A stretch of DNA of 64,000 nucleotides from Candidatus Acidiferrum sp. (GTDB taxonomy: Bacteria; Chloroflexota; Dormibacteria; CF-121), in NCBI GenBank assembly GCA_035602395.1, contig DATNMH010000068.1, positions 920 through 64,919 of the forward strand, read 5' to 3'. Position 1 is the first letter of the stretch; every line of letters starts with the position of its first letter. Below the pieces are notes generated by a model. That model saw nothing but the letters and a program-made list of their open reading frames with translations. It made no database searches and was not told the origin of the DNA. Shown here in pieces: positions 27,351 through 34,899 of the stretch. The position numbers and the translations under genes were made by a program.

Positions 27351-27805
27351 AGATCCTGGTGCTCAACGGCCCCAACCTCGGCACGCTTGGTCGCCGGGAG
27401 CCCGAGGTGTACGGGACGAAAACGCTCGCCGATCTCGAGATCGTGCTCACCACCCGCGCCAAAGAGCTCGGCGTGGAGCTTCGCTTCCTGCAGTCGAATC
27501 ACGAGGGTCAGCTGATCGACTGGATCGAAACCGAGCCAGGCGACGCCATCATCATCAATCCCGGCGCACTCTCGCACTACAGTCTGGCCCTTGCCGATGC
27601 CATGCGCGGCTCCGGCAAGCCGGTCGTCGAAGTCCACATCTCCAATGTCTTTAGCCGCGAGCCGGAGCGGCACCGGATGGTCACCGCCGCGGCGGCGAAA
27701 GGCGTCATCTCCGGCCTCGGCTTCGAGGGATACCTCGCAGCTCTCGATTACCTGCGATCGCTCCCTCCCCCGCGGGCGGGGGAGGGTCGGGGTGGGGGCG
27801 GCTGA
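27347..27805 (+). CDS. aroQ: Type II 3-dehydroquinate dehydratase
   Basis: ILVLNGPNLGTLGRREPEVYG, QSNHEGQLIDWI, IINPGALSHYS, VEVHISN. The last ~14 codons and the stop come from repeat copy d. Confidence 0.9.
   Translation: MKILVLNGPNLGTLGRREPEVYGTKTLADLEIVLTTRAKELGVELRFLQSNHEGQLIDWIETEPGDAIIINPGALSHYSLALADAMRGSGKPVVEVHISNVFSREPERHRMVTAAAAKGVISGLGFEGYLAALDYLRSLPPPRAGEGRGGGG
27763..27799 (+). repeat. Copy d of the hairpin/G-tract element, forming the 3' end of aroQ
   Basis: ccctcccccgcgggcgggggagggtcggggtgggggc, translated LPPPRAGEGRGGGG then TGA. Confidence 0.8.
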
Positions 27806-27936
27806 GCGTCCAACTCGAGGCGCTGGCTGACGAGGTCTTCGGCGCGGCGGCAGCCCAGGGTCGAACCGGGGGAGAGAGTGTTCGCCGGCCTTTCGGCGAA
27901 ATCGTCAGGAATACGACGTATCCGGACCTCTTCTTT

Positions 27937-28602
27937 TTGACCGGCATCGAGGACCTGGTAGCGCCGACGTGGCAGGCGGCCGATTTGCAGCGGGTGGTGC
28001 AGGAGGCGATTCCCGGTGCCATCACGTACCGCGCGAGCAGCCGCGACCCCGCCACGATCGCGGTGCTGAATCCGCTCCTGGTCGCCGCGGGGTACTCGAG
28101 CGAGACTCGTGTCGCGATGGTCCAGGTCTCGGTTCCTCCGGCATCCTCCCCCTCTGGGGGAGGGCGGTGTGGGGGATTCACCATCCTTCCTGTTCGAACC
28201 GACGAGGGATGGGCGGCCTTCGAGCAGCTGATCTATGCCGACACGCAGGAACACGGGTGGACCGACGCGATGAGGGCGCAGTTGGTCGCGCTCTATCGCT
28301 GGCGTGCGGCCGACACGCCGCATCATTACTATCTCGCCCATGACGGGACGCAGACGGTCGGGCACGTCGGCCTCTTCCAGCACGGCACGAACGCCTACCT
28401 CCATGGGCTCTACACGCACCCGTCGGCGCGCCGCCGCGGAGCGGGCGCCGCGTTGACTCTCGCCATGAGCGTAGAGGCCCGCGCGCTCGGCTGTCAGCGG
28501 CTGACGCTGCAGTGCACCCGCGACTCGTCGCTGCCGGCCTATTACGAGCGCCTGGGATTTCGAGCCGTCGGTGAGAAACAAATTTGGACAAGGCCCGCGT
28601 AA
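27937..28602 (+). CDS. GNAT-family N-acetyltransferase
   Basis: HVGLFQHG...LHGLYTHPSARRRGAGAALTLAM...YYERLGF (acetyl-CoA binding R-x-x-G-x-G/A). TTG start. Contains repeat copy e. Confidence 0.8.
   Translation: MTGIEDLVAPTWQAADLQRVVQEAIPGAITYRASSRDPATIAVLNPLLVAAGYSSETRVAMVQVSVPPASSPSGGGRCGGFTILPVRTDEGWAAFEQLIYADTQEHGWTDAMRAQLVALYRWRAADTPHHYYLAHDGTQTVGHVGLFQHGTNAYLHGLYTHPSARRRGAGAALTLAMSVEARALGCQRLTLQCTRDSSLPAYYERLGFRAVGEKQIWTRPA
28145..28175 (+). repeat. Copy e of the hairpin/G-tract element, in-frame inside the GNAT gene
   Basis: cctccccctctgggggagggcggtgtggggg, translated SSPSGGGRCGG. Confidence 0.75.
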
Positions 28603-28604
28603 TT

Positions 28605-28637
28605 CCCTCCCCCTCTGGGGGAGGGCAGGGTGGGGGC
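28605..28637 (+). repeat. Copy f of the hairpin/G-tract element at the GNAT stop / glycosylase start junction
   Basis: ccctccccctctgggggagggcagggtgggggc, a perfect consensus copy. Confidence 0.85.
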
Positions 28638-29591
28638 GTGACCGCGGGGTGGCGGGCCGAGTTTCCGCTGGTCGGCCCGGAGGGCGAGGTCGTCGACCTG
28701 CGCCGCGTTTTCCTCTCGCACGGGATCGCGGAGCTGCCGCCGATGCGACTCGACCAGAAAGCCTGGACCTTTGAAATCACCGTTCCGCTGACCGGATTCA
28801 GCCCGCGGACGGTCGTGATTTCCCAGGCGCTTCCTGGCCACGGAGTGATCGAGATCATGGGTCGGCCGCCAACGCCGAAACTCGGCGTCGCCGTCATGGC
28901 GCAGGTTCGTCATGTCCTGAGCCTTGACCTTGACCTCATGCCCTTCTATGCCGTGGCGGCCGAGGATCCGGATCTGGCCTGGGTCCTCAGCGGAGCGGGG
29001 CGGATGGTGCGCAGCCCCACGGTCTTCGAGGACGTCGTCAAGACCATCTGCACGACGAACACCTCATGGGGCGGAACCACACGGATGGTCAACGCCCTGG
29101 TCGAACACCTGGGCGAGAAGGCGCCCGGAGCGCCGCCGACCGGACCGTATGGGCGTGCCTTTCCCACCCCGCAAGCGATGGCGGCGGCGCCGGAGCGCTT
29201 CTATAAGAAGGTTGCGAGCGCCGGCTACCGGGGCCCTTACCTCAAGTCGCTGGCCAACGACGTCGCGTCCGGACGCGTCGAGCTCGAGAGCCTCGCCCAA
29301 CGCTCGCGAGAGGTGTTGCCCGACGATGAGGTGGCAGCACAGCTGCAGGCGCTGCCCGGCGTCGGCCCCTACGCGGCGGCGCACATCATGTTGATGCTGG
29401 GCCGATACGACCGTCTCATTCTCGATTCCTGGACCAGGCCGACCTACGCTCGCCTCCTCGGGAAGAAGCGGCCTGTCAGCGATCGCACCATCGAGCGCCG
29501 CTTCAAGTCTTATGGGCGTTACGCCGGTCTCGCCTTCTGGCTCTTTCTAACTCGAGATTGGCTGACCGACGACGCCCAGCCTATTCTTTGA
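28638..29591 (+). CDS. HhH-GPD superfamily DNA glycosylase (AlkA / 3-methyladenine glycosylase II-like)
   Basis: LQALPGVGPYAAAHIMLMLGRYDRLILDSW (helix-hairpin-helix plus Asp). GTG 28638 is preferred. The ORF track start TTG 28584 would read through repeat copy f. Confidence 0.8.
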   Translation: MTAGWRAEFPLVGPEGEVVDLRRVFLSHGIAELPPMRLDQKAWTFEITVPLTGFSPRTVVISQALPGHGVIEIMGRPPTPKLGVAVMAQVRHVLSLDLDLMPFYAVAAEDPDLAWVLSGAGRMVRSPTVFEDVVKTICTTNTSWGGTTRMVNALVEHLGEKAPGAPPTGPYGRAFPTPQAMAAAPERFYKKVASAGYRGPYLKSLANDVASGRVELESLAQRSREVLPDDEVAAQLQALPGVGPYAAAHIMLMLGRYDRLILDSWTRPTYARLLGKKRPVSDRTIERRFKSYGRYAGLAFWLFLTRDWLTDDAQPIL

Positions 29592-29598
29592 CAAAACC

Positions 29599-30243
29599 AT
29601 GAGCACGCCGGAGTTGCGGGTGCTGATCGTCTCGACCAACCCGCTCGCGCGCGGCGGACTCGCCGCCATGCTCGAGGGGATGCCGCGGGTGAAGGCGATA
29701 GGCTCGGCCGGCACGGCCGAGGCGGCGTCGCTCGCCGGGCAACTGCTGCCGGACGTCGTGCTCCTCGACGTCGGCGACGGCGAGCTCGAAGACCTCGATG
29801 CGATTGCGCGCCTGGCCGCCGCCCAGCCCGGTTTGCCGATCGTGGCGCTCGCCGGCGAGCCGGGCGCACTGACTCAGGCGCTTGCCTTCGGTGCCTCGGC
29901 CTTGTTGCCAGTCGGCGTCGATCCGGACACCCTGGCCGCGGCCCTGTTCGCCTCCGCCCGGGGGCTGGTGTCGATCCCGCGTCAGGAGATTGCCACCCTG
30001 CTGCCCCACGACGAGCGAATCGAAGCGGCTGCGAACGCGCCGACGGAGTTGCTGACTCCACGCGAGCTCGAGGTGCTCCAGTTGATGGCGCGCGGCTTCA
30101 CCAACCGGCAGATCGCCGGGCGTCTCCAGATCAGCGAGCACACGGTGAAATTCCACGCCGGTGCGGTGCTCGGCAAGCTGAACGCGCACTCGCGCGCCGA
30201 GGCTGTCGCCCGGTCGATCGGACTCGGCTGGATCCTCGTCTAG
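29599..30243 (+). CDS. NarL/LuxR-family response regulator with atypical receiver
   Basis: C-terminal LTPRELEVLQLMARGFTNRQIAGRLQISEHTVKFH. The receiver has VLLLDVGDG, but the N-terminal acidic pair is replaced (IVSTNP). Confidence 0.85.
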   Translation: MSTPELRVLIVSTNPLARGGLAAMLEGMPRVKAIGSAGTAEAASLAGQLLPDVVLLDVGDGELEDLDAIARLAAAQPGLPIVALAGEPGALTQALAFGASALLPVGVDPDTLAAALFASARGLVSIPRQEIATLLPHDERIEAAANAPTELLTPRELEVLQLMARGFTNRQIAGRLQISEHTVKFHAGAVLGKLNAHSRAEAVARSIGLGWILV

Positions 30244-30271
30244 CGATGACGCTCTAGACTAGGCAAGCGAT

Positions 30272-30712
30272 ATGGCAGTGGACGCCGAAGGGTATGGCGC
30301 GAAAGAAGAAGGGCTCGACCGCCTGATCGCGGACGCGCGAGTGCTCTCACCGGCCGGAATCGAGCGGGCCGCCTGGGGCTGGGATCGGCATGAAGATCCG
30401 CGGATCATGGAGCGCTTCCACGAGGCCGAACGCGCGGCGCTCCGCGCCCTCGAGAAGAGCGATCGCGGACCGCAGTGGGACGACGCGCGCAAGCGCATCC
30501 TCGACCTCACCGAGCGTCGGACGTCGCTCGAAGACTGGAAAGCCGAGCATGGTGACGTTGGTCACAAAGCTGAGCGCGCCCTGCTCGCGGCGGCGCTCGC
30601 CATCGTCGCGCGAGACAAGATCGATCATCCGCATTACGTCACGCTGGTGCGGCCAATGTCCGAAGCGCTTCCCTGGCTGTTGCCCGAATTGCCGCCCGAA
30701 CCACGCCGATGA
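30272..30712 (+). CDS. Hypothetical protein, translationally coupled to the rhodanese gene
   Basis: 146-aa ORF with coding-like composition. ATGA overlap with 30709. No recognisable motif. Confidence 0.6.
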   Translation: MAVDAEGYGAKEEGLDRLIADARVLSPAGIERAAWGWDRHEDPRIMERFHEAERAALRALEKSDRGPQWDDARKRILDLTERRTSLEDWKAEHGDVGHKAERALLAAALAIVARDKIDHPHYVTLVRPMSEALPWLLPELPPEPRR

Positions 30713-31149
30713 TGATCGCGCCGCGGGTCGATCCGGCCGCCGCGAAGGCCAAGTTCGACGCAGGCGAGGCCATCCCGCTCGATGTGACCAGCTCGCTGGT
30801 GTATCCGGCCGTAAGCCACCGGATCCCAGGCGCAATTCGGATCCCGCCAGAACCGATCACCCGCGGTCTGCAGGGAGCCCGGCCGGCGGCGGAGATCCTG
30901 AGACACTTCGAGAGCCTGCCTGCCGATCGCGAGATCATCGCCTATTGCACCTGACCCGACGAGGGTACCAGCGCCCGTGTGGCGCAATTTCTCCGACAGC
31001 AAGGGCGGCAGGCGTGGGCATTACGCGGCGGTTTGGCAGCCTGGCGCGCGGCCCAATATCCGATGGAGTCGAAGCACGCCGATCATGCGCCGGGCCCGGA
31101 GGAAGAGTGCCCCGACTGTCATGAGGAAGTCGCGGCACACCTCGCCTGA
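30709..31149 (+). CDS. Single-domain rhodanese (sulfurtransferase) with in-frame TGA at the catalytic-Cys position: candidate selenoprotein, otherwise a pseudogene
   Basis: Frame is open 30709-30951 (...HRIPGAIRIP...REIIAYCT), then TGA at 30952-30954. The same frame continues for 64 codons (PDEGTSARVAQFLRQQGRQAWALRGGLAAWRAAQYP...) to TGA 31147-31149. Confidence 0.6.
30971..30985 (+). promoter_or_regulatory. SECIS-like hairpin candidate downstream of the in-frame TGA
   Basis: gcgcc-cgtgt-ggcgc, a 5-bp GC stem with a 5-nt loop and G at loop position 2. The stem starts 16 nt after the UGA. Such a short stem could occur by chance in GC-rich DNA. Confidence 0.25.
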
Positions 31150-31152
31150 GCG

Positions 31153-31926
31153 TTAGTCGTTGAGCTCGTAGACGACCGCCACGTCGACCGTGACGTTCAT
31201 CTGGCCGGCCTGCACGGGCGCCCCGCCGCCCCCGCCGCCGCATTGGCCGCCGGCGCCGCATGGCGAGTAGCCTGAGCTGCCGCCGATGACCTCTGAAACC
31301 GAGAGCACCTTGCCGAGGTGACGCCCGGCGAGGTTCGCCCATTCCTTGGCACGATCCGCCGCCGCATTCATCGCCCCTTGTCGCGCACCCTTCAGCTGGT
31401 TGGTGTTATCGCTCAATTGCAGCGTGATGCCGTTGATCTGGATGTCGTTGCCCACGGCTCCCTGGGCCGCCCCCAGGACGGTGCCAATATTGGCGATGTG
31501 ATGGATCTTGACGTTGACCGTATTTCCCGCCCGATAACCGATCACGTTGTACTGGTTTTCTTGATAGACGTTGATGCCGGTCGTCTGGATGTCGGCGTCC
31601 AGGACTCCTTGGCCCTTGATCGCCTTCAGCAGTGCGGTCATCTCGCTGTTGGCGGCGTTCATCGCATCTGCCGCCGTGCTCTGCCTGGTCAACACGCCCA
31701 TGCTGATCAAGGCGTTGTCCGGCGTCGCATTCTGGGTTCCTTCGCCGACAACGGTGACCGTGTCCCGTGGTCCGGCAACACCGCCGGCTCCGACCGAGGT
31801 CTGCGTCGATCCCGCCGCGCCGGCCCGGACGGCCACCGCCGTTACCGCCGATGCCGCGATCGCGATCAAGGCGCCGATGATGATCAGAATTCCACGCGTG
31901 GCGAGCGTACCCCTCAAGGCTTGCAT
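31153..31926 (-). CDS. SIMPL-domain (DUF541) secreted/periplasmic protein
   Basis: N-terminal TM/signal segment and a SIMPL-like core (GVLTRQSTAADAMNAANSEMTALLKAIK ... NDIQINGITLQL). Confidence 0.75.
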   Translation of the reverse strand: MQALRGTLATRGILIIIGALIAIAASAVTAVAVRAGAAGSTQTSVGAGGVAGPRDTVTVVGEGTQNATPDNALISMGVLTRQSTAADAMNAANSEMTALLKAIKGQGVLDADIQTTGINVYQENQYNVIGYRAGNTVNVKIHHIANIGTVLGAAQGAVGNDIQINGITLQLSDNTNQLKGARQGAMNAAADRAKEWANLAGRHLGKVLSVSEVIGGSSGYSPCGAGGQCGGGGGGAPVQAGQMNVTVDVAVVYELND

Positions 31927-32078
31927 GACGTCGTACTCCTTCAGATGATCTCGGATTGGATGAATCTGAGGTAAGAACGCGGCCTCGCAGCAAACCGTTA
32001 CACCTGCTCTAATGGGCGGCTCGCGTCCCGGACCTCCGGGTGATCGCGCCGATCGATCAGTGCGCTAGCGTGGAGGGC

Positions 32079-32963
32079 ATGGGAACGCTGTCCGACCTTT
32101 CGCGGGATATCGCTGAGCTCGTCGGGCGCCTCGGCCCTAGCGTCGTGCGGGTCGATGCCCGCCACGGACGCCCGGCCACCGGGATTATCTGGGCGGACAA
32201 CCTGGTGGTCACCGCGGAGCACGTGATCGAGGAGGACGGCAACATTCTGGTGACCGGTCCTCCCACCACGGTAAAAGCCACGGTGCTCGGCCGTGATCGT
32301 GCAACCGACATTGCGGTGTTACGAACCGAAGGGCTCCGAGCGGCACCCGCGCCCCGCGGACGCTCGGAGGACGTCCGTACAGGCCATATTGTGCTTGCGC
32401 TCGGCAACGCCAGCGAGCACCAGGTCACGATTGGGATCGTCAGCGGCTTTTCGGGCGAGTTTCGGAGCTGGCGTGGCGGCCAGCGCCTTTTACTGATCCA
32501 GTCGACGGCCCAACTGTTGCCCGGGTTCTCCGGCGGCCCACTCGTGGACACGGAGGGCCGTGTGATCGGGATCAACAGCTGGAACTATGGGCGCGGCGTC
32601 AGCCTCGCGCTACCGGTGGGGATCGCGGAACGGGTGGCTGAGAGCCTGCGCACCCACAGTCGGATCCGTACCGCCTATCTCGGCGTCGGCGTCCAGCCGA
32701 TCCGCCTGACCGACACACTGGGACTTGGACAGGAGAGCGGGCTGCTGGTCGTCACCGTCGAGCCGGATGGGCCAGCCCATAAGGCCGGAATCCTCCAGGG
32801 GGACACCCTCGTCACGGTGAACGGCGATCCGCTCCTTGGACGCTTGGACGCGCTCTTCGCCGTTTTACGTGCGCTCGACGCCGACTCAACCCATACGTTC
32901 GGCGTGGTCAGGGCGGGTGAGGTAAAGGAGGTCCGGGCAACCCTCGGCGAAGTCCCTGGCTGA
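32079..32963 (+). CDS. Trypsin-like serine protease with C-terminal PDZ domain (HtrA/S1C family)
   Basis: Triad context VTAEHV, DIAVL, GFSGGPL. PDZ region GLLVVTVEPDGPAHKAGILQGDTLVTVNG. ATG 32079 is preferred over 32040. Confidence 0.85.
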   Translation: MGTLSDLSRDIAELVGRLGPSVVRVDARHGRPATGIIWADNLVVTAEHVIEEDGNILVTGPPTTVKATVLGRDRATDIAVLRTEGLRAAPAPRGRSEDVRTGHIVLALGNASEHQVTIGIVSGFSGEFRSWRGGQRLLLIQSTAQLLPGFSGGPLVDTEGRVIGINSWNYGRGVSLALPVGIAERVAESLRTHSRIRTAYLGVGVQPIRLTDTLGLGQESGLLVVTVEPDGPAHKAGILQGDTLVTVNGDPLLGRLDALFAVLRALDADSTHTFGVVRAGEVKEVRATLGEVPG

Positions 32964-32987
32964 ATCTCTCCCTTGCATAGCACGTGT

Positions 32988-33021
32988 CCCCTCCCCCTCT
33001 GGGGGAGGGTAGGGTGGGGTC
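32988..33021 (+). repeat. Copy g of the hairpin/G-tract element (intergenic)
   Basis: cccctccccctctgggggagggtagggtggggtc, between the htrA-like stop and the ABC exporter start. Confidence 0.8.
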
Positions 33022-33065
33022 TCGGGGGCCGTTGAAACCAGTCGTGGCTGGGTAGGCTAACCAGC

Positions 33066-34880
33066 ATGTATTGGTGGCATGGCGGCTTTCACGAGCCGGA
33101 ACCCGGGGTCAAGCTCGAGTGGCCGCTGCTCAAGCGCGTCTTCAGCTACTTCATCCCGTACTGGCGGCTGGCGCTGGTCGTCCTCGCCTGCATCGGCGCG
33201 ACGGCAGCCCTGGGGCTGGTCCCCGCGATCGTCACTAAGGACCTGATCAACTACCTGACCGGCTCACATGGCCAGTTCGGGTACGTCGCCACCCTGATCG
33301 GCATCCTGGTCGGCGCGTCGGTGGTCGGCGGGCTGATCGGCGTGCTGCAGTCGTTTTTCAGCAACCGGATCAGCCAGAGCATCATGTTCGACCTGCGCAA
33401 CCAGCTGTTCGACCGGGTGCTCAAGCAGTCGATCGCCTTCTTCACCGCGACCCGGACGGGCGACGTGATGTCCCGGCTGAGCAACGACGTCAATGGGGTC
33501 CAGAGCGTGGTGTCCGACACCATCTTCAGCCTCGTCAACAACGTCGTCATCCTGGCGAGCACCGTCGTCCTGATGTTCGCGCTCGACTGGAAGCTGACGA
33601 TCGCGGCGCTCGTCGTGCTGCCGGCCTTCCTCCTGCCGACCCTCCGCGTCGGCAAGGCGACCTTCCAGGCGCGCAAGGCGACGCAGGGAAAACTTTCGGA
33701 GATAACTGCCTACATGCAGGAGACCCTGGGTATTTCCGGCATGCAGCTGGTCAAGGCGTTCGTGCGGCAATCGGCCGAGACGCTGCGCTTCCGCCGGCTC
33801 AACGACGACCTGCGCCTGCTCAACATCCGGCAGTCGATGATCGGCCGCTGGTTTTTCATGCTGATGGGCGTGCTCGGGACAGCCGGTCCGGCCGTGCTCT
33901 GGCTGTTCGGCGGGTATCTCGTCGTGACCGGCCAGGAATCCCTCGGCACCGTCGTCACATTTGCGACCGTGCTGCTGGGACGCCTTTACGGGCCGGTCGG
34001 CTCGCTAGCCAACATGCAGGTCAATGTGGTCGGCTCACTCGCCCTCTTCCAACGCATCTTCGAGTACATGGATCTGCCGGTCACGATCGGTCAGAAACCA
34101 CAGGCGCTCCATCTCGAGCAGGCGCGTGGGCAGGTTCGGTTCGACCAGGTGACGTTCCGCTACGGAACGAGCGATCGGCCGGCGGTCAAGAATGTGTCCT
34201 TCACCATCGAGCCCGGTCAGCTGGCGGCGCTGGTCGGCCCGACCGGAGCGGGCAAGACCACCATCACCAGCCTGCTGCCTCGCTTCTACGATCCGCAGCT
34301 GGGCGCGATTCGGCTGGACGGGAACGACGTTCGCGATCTCACGCTCGAGTCACTCGGCAGCCAGGTCGGGATGGTCTTCCAGGACACGTTCCTCTTCCAC
34401 ACCTCCATCCGTGACAACCTTCTCTATGCCAGGCCCGATGCGACGGAAGGCGAGATGATCGCGGCCGCGAAGGCGGCCTACATTCACGATTTCATCGCGT
34501 CTCTGCCTGATGGTTATGACACCGTGGTTGGTGAGCGCGGCCATCGGCTGAGCGGCGGTGAGAAGCAGCGGGTCGCGATCGCCCGCGTCATCCTCAAGAA
34601 TCCGCGGGTGCTGATCCTGGACGAGGCGACCTCGAACCTCGACTCGGAGTCCGAGCACCTGATCCAGGTGGCGTTGCGGCCGCTCTTCGAGGGCCGCACG
34701 TCGCTCGTTATCGCGCACCGGCTGTCCACCATCCTCGCGGCCGACATCATCCTGGTGATGGAGCACGGCGCGCTGGTGGAGCAGGGGCGCCACGCCGACC
34801 TGCTCAAGCAGAATGGGTTGTACGCGCGACTGTATCACCGGCAGTTTGAAACCGCCAACCAGCTGGCGACGCCGGCTTAG
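33066..34880 (+). CDS. ABC exporter, fused permease/ATPase (MsbA/type I exporter-like)
   Basis: Six-TM N-terminal half. GPTGAGKTT, LSGGEKQRVAIAR, ILDEATSNLD. Confidence 0.9.
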   Translation: MYWWHGGFHEPEPGVKLEWPLLKRVFSYFIPYWRLALVVLACIGATAALGLVPAIVTKDLINYLTGSHGQFGYVATLIGILVGASVVGGLIGVLQSFFSNRISQSIMFDLRNQLFDRVLKQSIAFFTATRTGDVMSRLSNDVNGVQSVVSDTIFSLVNNVVILASTVVLMFALDWKLTIAALVVLPAFLLPTLRVGKATFQARKATQGKLSEITAYMQETLGISGMQLVKAFVRQSAETLRFRRLNDDLRLLNIRQSMIGRWFFMLMGVLGTAGPAVLWLFGGYLVVTGQESLGTVVTFATVLLGRLYGPVGSLANMQVNVVGSLALFQRIFEYMDLPVTIGQKPQALHLEQARGQVRFDQVTFRYGTSDRPAVKNVSFTIEPGQLAALVGPTGAGKTTITSLLPRFYDPQLGAIRLDGNDVRDLTLESLGSQVGMVFQDTFLFHTSIRDNLLYARPDATEGEMIAAAKAAYIHDFIASLPDGYDTVVGERGHRLSGGEKQRVAIARVILKNPRVLILDEATSNLDSESEHLIQVALRPLFEGRTSLVIAHRLSTILAADIILVMEHGALVEQGRHADLLKQNGLYARLYHRQFETANQLATPA

Positions 34881-34899
34881 CCAAAAAGGAGGAAGGACG

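Noticed and set aside
30952-30954. Genome-wide TGA reassignment (Trp/Gly) as an explanation for the in-frame TGA
   Set aside because: TGA clearly functions as a stop at many overlapping junctions in this window (ATGA, GTGA, TGATG). No other gene shows an internal TGA.
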